From assembly GCA_049999805.1 (NCBI GenBank), contig JBNGIO010006257.1:128100-148099 (forward strand): 20,000 bases of DNA. The letters run 5' to 3'. The translations under genes and the position numbers were made by a program. The notes beneath the pieces were generated by a model, which was not told the origin of the DNA, searched no databases, and was given only the letters and a program-made list of their open reading frames with translations. Shown here one piece after another: positions 1 to 10,403 of this stretch. Within the stretch, counting starts at the first letter, position 1; every line of letters starts with the position of its first letter. The DNA is from Folioceros fuciformis (Eukaryota).

Positions 1-267
1 ACACAACATGGCCATTTATATGTCCATGTCCATTGGAACTCAATTGAATGTGCTAGTTAATCAGTTTGGTCATCTTTGCCTGCAACCAAACACAAGCATG
101 GGTTCATACCAACCTTCAGCCTCGTTCACCTCTAAATTAAAGGAAAAGAATTCTGAGTCTACTTCCTCTGTGAGCAGAGGATCATTTAGGTCTCCTGTAG
201 AGTATGACAACAATGACTCGGGCTGCACCTAGCTGCTAGGCTAGGTTTTGGTTGGTGGGGCCTCTGG

Positions 268-660
268 TTATCAGTGCATGTTGTGTGATGCATAATTCAT
301 AATCATACATTCAAAGCAAGGGCTTATGTGCATTATGCCAATATACGCAATGATGCTAATTTGACCATATCTATCATAGGGGACATACATACACGGGATT
401 GTTGTTGCTAAAGATATTGTATTTGCAGTTGGACAACACAAGCCGCGAGAACAAAAACCAACTATTATTCCCATATCTAAACATGCTTATCGAGCTAGGG
501 ATTTTTGAGAAAGTGAAGGTTGGGTTTCTCTCTTAGTGGGTCACACTCATGATGAAGTGGACCAAATGTTCTCATGGCATTTGAAGCACAAGGAGGCCAA
601 GTCCCTTCCTATAATGACGGAGATATAACACAATGCATATACACCGGCCCCATAGGTAAA
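268..660 (+). mobile_element. Degenerate DNA-transposon DDE transposase fragment (DUF7869-type, possibly Sola-like), pseudogenised
   Basis: Manual translation across frameshifts gives LSVHVV*CIIHNHTFKARAYVHYANIRNDANLTISII (268-~378), then LYLQLDNTSRENKNQLLFPYLNMLIELGIFEKVKVGFL (417-530), then after a 2-nt TC insertion LVGHTHDEVDQMFS (533-574) and LKHKEAKSLP...AYTPAP. The 'LQLDN..RENKN' and 'FL.VGHTH..vDQ.FS' motifs are typical of this transposase group. It is not visible in the ORF track. Confidence 0.8.
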
Positions 661-672
661 GATACTAACCAA

Positions 673-682
673 NNNNNNNNNN
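673..682. other. Assembly gap (10 N)
   Basis: Run of n in the sequence. Contiguity between the left and right sides is not guaranteed. Confidence 0.99.
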
Positions 683-792
683 TTTCTGGCTTTCCTCTCC
701 TGGTAAGAGACTCTCTCTTTTGTCTCCTGGCTAGCTTCCTCTTCTAGACGGTCTTCAGATCCTATCAGAATGAGTGGGAGCACACTAGGGAG

Positions 793-1353
793 TCAGGATG
801 GCAACATGCATGGACTGATTTTCAGGGGGCTGGAAAAATGTTGCTTAAAGCATAAACGGCAACTGGGAAGATTGCCAAAACAGGTTAGGCAACTCACTAT
901 AATAGGTGATGACTGATCTTCAAAAACTGGACAATTCTGGATGTGAACGCGAACCATTTTCAGCCTTGAAGCAACACACCTATACCAAACAGGGGTTCCA
1001 GGCCACCTAGCTGTTCCAAGGGTAACAATCCTTGTTTCAGACACCACTCGTCTTGGCTCAGGAAACTTGGGTGATGCTGAAGGATGTGGCTTGAGGGAGG
1101 TGTACTCGAACTCTCCCCACTCATATTTGCGGGCATTGAAAGAAGCCCTTGAGAAGGTCTGCTTCATAGGTTGTGGCGGTGAAGGATGACGAGATGGTGC
1201 TCCCATGTTGGGACTGGCCGTAGCAGCGGCAGCTGCTTGTCGCCGTTGCTGAAGCACCACTCTGGTTGTTCCCCTTGGTCTGCCTCTAGGCCGACCAGTT
1301 CCTCTGAATGTCCCAGCACCGACAGTCCCCTTTGCAGCAACACTTTGGTTCAT
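793..1353 (-). CDS. Uncharacterised ORF with an AT-hook (GRPRGRPRG) and a C-terminal Cys/His cluster; probably a transposon-associated gene or relic
   Basis: 186-aa ATG-initiated ORF with an RPRGRPR AT-hook core and CLTC-x6-CRLCFKQH at the C-terminus. A TATA-like CTATATATG lies on the minus strand at ~1751-1759. The ORF sits next to the transposase relic. No recognised family. Confidence 0.4.
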   Translation of the reverse strand: MNQSVAAKGTVGAGTFRGTGRPRGRPRGTTRVVLQQRRQAAAAATASPNMGAPSRHPSPPQPMKQTFSRASFNARKYEWGEFEYTSLKPHPSASPKFPEPRRVVSETRIVTLGTARWPGTPVWYRCVASRLKMVRVHIQNCPVFEDQSSPIIVSCLTCFGNLPSCRLCFKQHFSSPLKISPCMLPS

Positions 1354-1976
1354 AGCTGAGGTAACGAACCGCCCCAGAGCATCCCTCTATAAGATCCAAC
1401 GCTTGGGACGTGAGAGGAGTTCTTCAGACTCCGAGGAAGACATACCGCCCAGTGGTGTGAGTTTACGCCCCAGAATCCAAGAGAGAATGAAAGCCAAAAC
1501 GTAAAGACACGCTAACGTACACGCAGCGGACCTGAACCGGGCCGTCTTCATATCGTGCGGTTCCATTGCGATCCGAGGAGGTCCAGTTGCTGAATCCGTT
1601 ACACACTGTGTAGAGTAAGCTGGCCGAGCTGCCTACTCAAGACCTTCCTGAAGCTGGAGACAGTCCTCTGCGTCCTCTGCGCAATGATCAATAAGTGGGA
1701 GGAAAGGAAGATAGTGTGTTGATTCATTACTCAGGGTTTTGTTATATCCACATATATAGTGTGTACGCGTATATAGTTTAACGTATAGCCACTTACCCAT
1801 TTCGCTAGGGTTACGTCTCTAGCCCAAAGGTCATGTCTTTTCACAATTAGATTAAGTCTAGTTGCTACGCTGTGTTACTTACTTCATATTCTTATGAACA
1901 TATGAAAATGTAATGTAATTACTAAATACGTAATTGATCTATACCATTAATATATTTCGTTATAAGCCTCCTGCAG

Positions 1977-2755
1977 ATTCTAGTGTTGATACTCTTGAAA
2001 CAGACGTAGACACAGTAGATCAGCCACCCTTCTTCCGCTCGCAAATGCTGTGGAAGGGCAGCGATGATCTGCAGGCCGCTCGCAGTGGGCTGGACGCGGG
2101 TAGCTCCTGCGCCGCATTCGTGAAGTTTTAAGAGCTGTGGCGTAGGGGGGTACTGTGCTGACTGCTGATGCTTTAGCCATGAATCTACTAGGGAGGCCCG
2201 GACGAAACCTGGCCTGTAAGCTACGGGAGCCTTGGAAGGGATAGCCTGTGGCTCAGTGAGAACTTCCTGGACCTGCGTTTGAGATCCTCATCGTGAGTGA
2301 AAGTCTCTTACGAAGATGAAAAAGTCGAGTGACATGAATTCTTGCCAGCAATTGTAACCTTGTGTGCCGAGCCCTTGGATGAGGCAGTGTCTACTCGCAG
2401 GGTCATCTCCATTGAAGCTTCTAGTGCCCTGAGGCGTCATTTTGAAGTAAGGGACCCGGTCATGGAGAAGGAAGCAGGGTCTGACGACTCGTGCTGGCAT
2501 CATTCTACGGGATGCGTACATGATCAGGTTTTGTGTCTTTCCTGCATAGATTTCGTCGGTGCAGACTTTTGCAAATGTGTGCATTTTTTAGACCTTTTTT
2601 TGTCTGTGTTTTCAGACGTTGATGATGGGAGACTGCGGGTACAAAGCTCGCGACAGCTATCACTGTGCGCCCTCTGCTTCAGGGCGCAGCTTCTTGGAAG
2701 AGTCTTGGTGCTGAGTAAGATCGGCACAGAGTCTGTACAAGGGCAACGTGAATGA
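1977..2755 (+). pseudogene. Decayed spliced ORF of unknown type (likely transposon-borne)
   Basis: One frame runs from an acceptor (cctgcag|1977) through DSSVDTLET...FVKF*ELWRR...RSSS*VKVSYEDEKVE*HEFLPAIVTLCAE...VHDQ with scattered stops. Apparent intron at 2530-2615 (cag|gttttg...tgttttcag|). Confidence 0.3.
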
Positions 2756-3040
2756 CTGGCCTTGTTGTCTGTGCGTCGAGAGGGGCTTGCCGCGAAATAG
2801 CAAGTGAGTAGCGGAGTGTACAGAAAGAATTTAAAACAGAGAAGTATGACAGCGACGGGCGAAGTGTACCATCGCAATTTGTACATAATCGTGAGCTTGT
2901 ATTATGCTGTTAGCGAATGCTGACGAATGATTGTGACATCAACTAGTACAGATGAATCGAGAACCAATATTCCTGTGCTACCTACAAAACTGGAGTTTCA
3001 CTCTTATTGTGCACCTATGTCCAAATACGGGTACAAGCTA

Positions 3041-4401
3041 TCATGGTTCCCAAGTGTCCCAGCCGTCTTTGTTGGTCCGTCTCGAGTTCAATCCTTTGGC
3101 AGACAGGCTTGGCACCAGTGACCGAGCAGAAGTTCTCGCAGCTTCAGTGTCCTCCCACTCTTCATCATCCCACACTTCATCCCATCCATCGGCAGATGAG
3201 TCCTGGCCAAAAACAGTTGACATGTCGACGGCCGGAGAACTCATCTCCACTTCCTGGTACTTCGCACCAGCCCCATGCCGCTTCCGTGTCTTGATTCGGT
3301 AACAGATGCAGCTGCACGTAGTTCCCAAGATAGCCAACACCACCAAGATCCCTCCGATAACTCTCGCGCCCCCTCCCCACGCGACAAGGCTCTGAAAACT
3401 ATCAGGGTGTGATGAAGCAATCGGCATCGCTATGGGCACCTCGGCCTCACAGTATATATGTGTGCCTGTCAAGCTGATGGTGAGTAGCACGGCGGGGTCG
3501 GCCGTGCTTGTGTCGATCACACAAATCGTCACCTGCAGGCCACGTGATGAGCTACTCCTGCCAGGAGGACATGCAAACACATTTGCAATCGATGCAAAGA
3601 GTTCGCTTACTTCAGATTCCCCGTCTTTGATCTCCAGCTCACTGGGCTCTACTTTGAGGTTGACTGGAGAAGTGATCTTAACCGGCACGCCCTTCGAACC
3701 CTCCTGTTTCAGCTTCAAAAACCAACGGTGCTCTGGAATCGTACAAAAACGCTTCCTTCAGCCTCATCAGCAGCCCGAAGGACACCAGCTCGGAATGAAG
3801 GCCAAAACAGCTTACCTTCGTCTCCAGTCTGATTGATGCAGTAAGAAACCTTGCTGTTATTGCAAGGCCGGTAAGAACAAAGTGATTGAGTTTCCTTAGT
3901 CCTGGCATCTTTGTTGACCCTGTCTCCCGGGGGAGGCTGCTGTAAACCATCAAGAGGAGGAGGCGGAGGCGGAGGCTGATTCAAGATTGCAGGGGAGGGA
4001 GGAGGTGGAGAAAGAGAAGGAGCTGGAGGAGGTTCTGATCGCTCCGGCAGTGGAGCTTTCGGATTCGGATCCTTCGGAGTCGGGACAGATGGCTGTGGAG
4101 GACCCTTCCCTGTCGTTTCCCCACCCGAAGTGGATCCACCTTCAGCTACATCAGCCGCCCCCGCTTTCTTAGTTTCGTCCCCTGCATCATCCCCTTCCAA
4201 TCTCCTACCACCAGCAAGCCGGAGTGGGTCTCCTAACCTCGTTGCGTCCAGGGCAACCTCATCTTCCACGGACACGTCTGTTGCACCTGGTTGTAAGGCG
4301 AGGATCTTCCCCGCACCTCCAGCAAGAAGTGACAGCCACACAGTCCAAACTACGAAGGCCGGGAGAGCAGAAGCCCGCCGTCCTCCTGTATTCGCTGCCA
4401 T
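3041..4401 (-). CDS. Conserved plant single-pass membrane protein with signal peptide, Pro-rich region and acidic Trp/Asp tail (DUF7356 / At1g64385-like)
   Basis: Three exons: 4401-3816, 3732-3611, 3532-3041, with GT-AG introns and frames that join. N-terminal hydrophobic signal, poly-Pro segment, TM helix VIGGILVVLAILGTTCSCICY, then KYQEVEM...DGWDEVWDDEEWED...SLSAKGLNSRRTNKDGW, which matches the C-terminal pattern of this plant family. Confidence 0.8.
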
Positions 4402-5236
4402 TCCAGCTACTGGTTGTCGAATACACTATCTGTCCATATCCCGGCCGTGCAAACGAATCAATCGACAGCTCTCCCACTTCCGATCACAGCCACTCCGGTT
4501 CGTGCCGCCTTCCGATCTGGAGCCTTCCCGATGGGGTGAAACTGAATTAGGCCATCCCTTCACAGCCATTCCAGTCTCCCGCTTGCCAGCTCATACCTCC
4601 TGAGCTCACCTCAACGATCCGGACAACGAACATGTCAAACACGCAAGGCCCCCTAAAACGCAGGACATGCACAACGAAATCGCAAGCTATGTACAGGGAT
4701 CGCTGCAAACCGGGAGCCAGCATGGAATTGGCACCAAAACCTCATCGTCCGCGAGATTCTTCACATCGAAGCCTGCTCCCCCTCACATCCCACAGGCGTC
4801 AACCTGGTTTTGCCTCGACGCAGTCTTCACGATCGGCATCCCCGGTTACCCGTACCCTGACCCTAGGGCCAGAATATCCTGCGACTTTAAGGCGTTGCGT
4901 TGGAGTGTGTTGGGACTGGTTCATCTCACTGCTAACGACAATCGGTGCTTTCCTGGTGTAGGGCCAGTGAGTATCGAACCCGCGATCTCCATACCTCGGT
5001 GGACTCATTACCCTATCTCTCATCATAATTTCGGCGCTGGTACAACTCTTTCCCCGGTTTCCTGACCTGAATTAGCCCAACGGCCGAAGGGAAGATTTCC
5101 AATGACCCAAGTTTCTCAGGGTCCCGTGCAGATTCCAAATTTCAAGGTACTTGGAGGACACAGACATCTATTATCCTACAATGCAAACGCCGATGCAAAT
5201 GCAAATTTCACAACAGAAGCAAGTGGAATGATAACT

Positions 5237-8200
5237 TTAATCCAGGGGGCCTGGAAACAGCATCACCGTGCAAATACATACACTTGCTGCAAAAAAGAGA
5301 GGAGTGAACCCACCTCTCCGGCCTGCACCCCCACCTACACCACCTCCACCAGCACCTGTGCCTTGCCCGATAGCAGCACCGGGTGGCTTGTTAGATAGAC
5401 GCCGCTTATATCGTTTCAACACAGATGCCAAGTTCTCTTTCCCTTTAGGAAATGCAACATCTCCGGCAGCTGTACCAGTGCGTCCTTTGCGATGCCCCAC
5501 TGCTAATTCCACGTCTTTGATGATGTCCAAGAACATGGAGGCACTAGCACCCTTACCCTGGACAGCACAAGCGGTATTCTGTCCCCAAAGTGCGCTGCCG
5601 TGAGCATTTTTAGGTGAGTAACCGTTGGAAGGTGAGAAAGCGTTGATGTGTTCCAGCCCTTCATAGTCTCTCGCACTACCTAGTCTGCCAAGGGATGTTC
5701 GCTTCACTCCATTTTCCAGTGCCCCAAATTCTTGCAGACACAGACAAGGCAGTGGGACCTGCCGTGGTTTCCCGAAAGCTGGTTCAAGGATACCCTGCAA
5801 CCGAGGTAGTTTTGGTCAGCATAAGCTCCTCACACTGTGTATGAACAGATTATAAGTGAGTGGCAACAAGACTTGATACCTGAAGGCGGTTCAACACGTA
5901 TGTGTATTTCCCCCACAGTTCTGGCCTGCTCTCCATCACAGAAAGCTCCAGGACACGATGAACACACCACACTCCAAAGCTGAGCAGCAGTCCCTTGTTC
6001 CAAACACATTGATCGCCACAACGAGGAATGGCACTGTTTCCAAAGCTAACTTCAGGACTTTTCTTTACTGGGACGCCCACAGACCGACCGTAGGTCTGCC
6101 AGTGCTGCTGGTCGCTGCAAATTCTTTTGAGTGAGTCAGAGGCTAACCTCTGATATGCAGCAATGGAAGCAATGAGGTCCTGGTCTGAGCCACCACTGTC
6201 AAAGCGAAATAGCCAATCTGAACCTTCCAGCTGTGACAGCTTGACAAGACATGCCTTGAAACCCTCCAGCATTTCTACTTCAAAGTCAGTTGCGCCAGCA
6301 CTCCCACTCGGAGGAGCATAAGTTATACCAGAGCCATCCATTCCAAGAGTTCTACTATCCAAGGAACTCTCTGTCGTTCCAAAAAGTTGTTCAAAGGGCT
6401 GCGTCGACCAAAGGGACTGATTTCCGGAATCTGGCATTGTCTGTGTCGAGAAGTTTTCTTTGGATGACCGAGCTGGTGAGATTTCATCGAATGGCAATAG
6501 GACCCTAGGCTCAGTACCAAACCCTTCCTCCCTAAGTGCAGAGCCACCGAACGTAGCAGGACGTGTACCCTCAGTCCACTGAGAAACTGAGTCGAATTGA
6601 TGTGACATATCCAGTTCCCCTGTGGCTCTAGACACGAGCGGATCCCATCGGCCCGTGGCCCTGCTCACAAGAGGGCTCCACTGAGGGAACTCATATTCTG
6701 ATGGCGGAAAGCTGGAATCATCTACATTCGACTGGCCTGCTTCTCTTGGATATCGCATATCAAGGTACATGGGTCTTGCTTTCACTCTGGGAGAGACAGG
6801 GCTACTACTTGGGCTAGATCGATTCATAAATGAAATACTTTGACATCCATGAATCGTGGCAGGTTGGTGGTCATACTCCTCACGAGGTGCAGGAAGCTTC
6901 ATACTGGAATAAGGGCGTTCAGTCCTGAGAAGTCCACTCCTGCCCAGCATATCAGGTGAAAGTCCAAATCGAGATGATGTTGACGCTGCTGCATAAGTGT
7001 GTGCACGCAAATATGCATCCATGCGGCCCAGCTGGTCAGAGAACGTCTGTGTTTGCCAGGATTTCTTGGGCTGCCTGGGAGCAAATGACTGCAGGTCACT
7101 CCTTTCGTTCCCATTCTGCTGTCTTTGTTTCACCGCCGTACCATGCTTGGTGCTAGGTGGCCCTACTGGCTGCCCATGGAGGTCAAAAATGTTGCCCCAA
7201 AATTCATCGAGGATTGCAGCAAATTGCCGCCGAGCCGCCCGGCCAAATCCTGAAAGTCTGGATAGACTACCACTGCCACTTCCGCCCCCACTACCTTCAC
7301 TGGTGTCACTTCGGCCCCCAACACTTCGTCCTGACCCGGGGCCATCATATGCCAGGGAGGGGAGACTTCCACTACGGCCAGGAAGGACCACTTCTTCGGG
7401 CCCTAGATTCTCCCAGGCATCTGCTTCCTCGTGTGTGTCTAGCAAGTCCAACTCCGCATCAAGACCTACCTCTGCATCCGCCTCTGCCTCCGAGTGCTTC
7501 AATATAGAAGAATCGATGTCCTCCTCCTTCAAGTCACGCATCAGGCTCTCACTCTTACTGATCACACTCCCGAGGACAGACCCTGCTGGCGACTGTGCAA
7601 GGGGTGACGGCCCTGGTGTTGAAGTTGAGCTTGTAGACGAAAGGGACTCCTCGAGGAAACAGTCGTCACAACTGAACACAGGAGGTCGCTTCAATCCTTC
7701 TGGTTCAGAGTCTGCCTCAATGGTCAGATTGGGTGCAGACTTTGATGGCACAGCATAACCATGAAGTCCCTGGATAGAATCACCTATGCCCCTTGACAGT
7801 GAGCCTTCTTGAGAAGAGGTTGGACAATTGCTGGAAGGCAGATCAGGACTCTTCTCATGGTGTGCCAGTTCACGTTCAGCACAAGGAGCAAGATCCCGTT
7901 GTGTTGCATTTATTTCACATCCAGTTAACCCCTCTTGTTTTGAAACAGTTGCTCCTTGTATCCTTTCATATTCCTCAATCCACAATTGCCTCCGCAGCTC
8001 TTGGCTCTCAACTCGAAGAGGAGTTATAGTCATCCAGACCAGGAAACCCACTGACATAAATACTGCAACTAGCATCGTAGAAAACAAGGCAGCTTGTCCT
8101 GTCTCTGCCCATGTCAGCGACCACCACTCTAGGTTTGCTACTGTCTCCCAACTTGCAAAATTGACCCACTCATCACTTTCTCCGAAAAGCATGTCGGAGA

Positions 8201-9943
8201 CAAGCCACATGTCCAGAAAGAAAACTATACCTACTGTGATCCAAGCTAAAGATTTTACAGCAGCAGCATTTTTGTGGGCACCCATATGGGCACCAGATGA
8301 CGTTATCTTAATCAGGGGGACTACAGCAAAAGGAAGCTGCAGGGCAAGAAAGACCTGCGAAAAAATCAATAATTGATATGTCCCTTGACTGCCTGTTCTC
8401 CAGACACACACAGCTGCAGGAATAATAGCTGCGAGTCGTATACAGAATCGATGGACCCACCCATGCATTTTGGCCTGAAGAAACCCCTCCAGAGCTACTT
8501 GCCCTGCTACAGTTCCTGTGAACGCTGAGAGCTGGCCCGCACATACCAACGCTAAGCCAAAGACTGCTGGTGCCATGGCATTGTCCAATATCTGCAGACC
8601 CACACCAAGGGTTCACATTCCAGAGGACACAGCAGGTCTTGCTGATAGCTACCAAAAGACACAAATGCAAAGTTCAGCAATCAAGCCAGACCTAGTCAGC
8701 TACAGCATGCACGTGTCCCTTACAAGTTCCATGAGTGCATGGGCATCTTGAAGGGTAAGAACCACACGCCCAGCGTTGTGGAAGGTGGTGGCAGCCACCA
8801 TGAGAACCACCAGGTTGACAATGAGAGCTGCACCAAATGCAACTGCAATATCTACAAAATTGTACCTACAAAGAGCATCAAACGAACCCCTCCACCTCTC
8901 CCGTCGACCCTGCAGTGTGGGAATCGCGCAGGCGAGTTAGAGTAGCTTCCAGCCTTGAAGCATACGATCGTGTGGGATATTCGCACCTGACCGGAAGGAA
9001 CACCCTGAAACGTAAATTACCTGAAGAAGAGAAGAATGCAGATACAAGTTGTGGGGCATGATATTTGCGCCAAACAAACTGACTACAGTGTACAGGCTCT
9101 CCCGCCTCAGCCTGGGTACCAACCCGGACACGACCGCAGCCATCGGTGGATTGCTCAGCAGGATATGAAGAACAAAGCAAAGCAGCACGAGTCCAATAAC
9201 ACACACCGACGCCATCTCCGCCTTCCGAACACCCTGCAAGATAGGAACGCTACCGGCTCAGTACATATACGAACATCCATGTTACATTTAATTGAGCACC
9301 AGAAAGTGCAAAAACAAGACCTTCGTACCAGTAAGGGCAGAATCAACAGGTAGAGAACCGCATCGGCTGCCATAAGAAATATACTGGAAAGCATGGGAAA
9401 ATGCAGGAGAAGGTCCAAGCCGATAGCAGTCCCCAACACCTGAACACACAAACATCACAATTCAGTCCACCAACCCTTACTCACAAGACATAACCTCCAA
9501 TTCACATTATGGGGCAGGACATCACCATTGTCAAGTCTTGAGCTACGACGGACATCTCGCACAGAATCCACATAAACAGGGACGTCCCTCTTGGATACTC
9601 CTCCCTGCAAATCTGCGCTCGGAATCACGCCAATGTCAGTAAAACCCCACTGCACCCGGCCATACACGCATGTGCGCTCGCGGAATACAGTGAGCAATCA
9701 GACGCTTCTGCCCACCTGAGCCAGGTGCTTCCCCGTCACCAACCCTAACCGGGCGGCCAAAGTCTGCAGAAACAACGCCATGACGTTGGCCAACACCAAC
9801 ACCCACACCAGCTCGTACCCGAATCGTGATCCCCCCTCAATGGCCGTTGCCCAGTTTCCGGGATCCATATACCCCACTGAGACCAGAAATGCTGGCCCCA
9901 GAAACGGCACAAACGTGGCCACGGCTGCCTGGACCCTGTCCAT
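5237..9943 (-). CDS. EIN2: Ethylene-insensitive protein 2 (NRAMP-like membrane domain plus C-terminal signalling CEND), ~1364 aa
   Basis: Seven exons: 9943-9716, 9612-9526, 9439-9329, 9233-9021, 8909-8724, 8591-5880, 5794-5237, all phase-0 GT-AG. The ATG is in a GCCATGG context. NRAMP motifs GYMDPGNW and MPHNLYLHS are present. EIN2-specific motifs: [114 protein letters not shown] (NLS at 5419-5396). The extreme 3' end is uncertain. Confidence 0.97.
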
Positions 9944-10020
9944 GGCCAGGCCCACGCCCTCAAGTCTCAAAAAGCCAAGGACTATCGTCACGCCCAGCGC
10001 TCCATCCTCCTACCCTGTTG

Positions 10021-10084
10021 CACACACACACTTTCCTGCTCCTGCTCTTGCTCTTTCTCTTTCTCTTGCTCCTGCTCCTGCTCC
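10021..10084. repeat. (CA)5 followed by a degenerate hexamer microsatellite (CTCYTK)n in the EIN2 5' region
   Basis: cacacacaca ctttcctgctcctgctcttgctctttctctttctcttgctcctgctcctgctcc. Confidence 0.85.
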
Positions 10085-10348
10085 AGCTGGGCCCGTCTCG
10101 CCTCCGCCCGTCTCTTGCTGCAGACACGATCTGATTTAACCCACATTGTGTACCCGAATTCCGCAGCCAGGCGAGCTAAGATTCCCCGTCGGACTTCTCC
10201 GCCATCAGCAGCTGCCGCTGCCTCGTATAACACCGTCCACGCGTGTCCGGGCAAATCCGATAGCGATCATCCACCGGCCCCCGCTGTTCTGGCTTCACTC
10301 CCACTTGCACTATTGGGAGAGCAATGTATCTTTGCATGTGGCGTGGGT

Positions 10349-10403
10349 TCGAACCCCCGACTCTGGACTGGCTCGAACCCCCGACTCTGGACTGGCTCGA
10401 ACC
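10349..10403. repeat. Perfect 24-bp tandem duplication (2.3 copies)
   Basis: tcgaacccccgactctggactggc at 10349-10372 and 10373-10396, followed by tcgaacc at 10397-10403. Confidence 0.95.

Noticed and set aside
4130-5065. Plus-strand ORFs between the membrane-protein gene and EIN2
   Set aside because: Antisense to exon 1, or within a GC-rich promoter/UTR region, with no recognisable protein features.
6997-7758. 253-aa plus-strand ORF (also 7828-8376 and 5268-5603)
   Set aside because: These are antisense shadows of EIN2 coding exons with no recognisable motifs.
10324-10331. EIN3/EIL-binding consensus ATGTATCT in the EIN2 upstream region
   Set aside because: The degenerate 8-mer is expected every few kb by chance and also occurs at 13169 and 19562. 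A single site is not evidence of feedback regulation.
10341-10372. tRNA gene suggested by GCGTGGGTTCGAACCCC
   Set aside because: No acceptor stem, D-arm or anticodon arm could be folded upstream.
10349-10403. CRISPR-like repeat array
   Set aside because: The copies are directly adjacent without spacers, the context is eukaryotic, and there are no cas genes.
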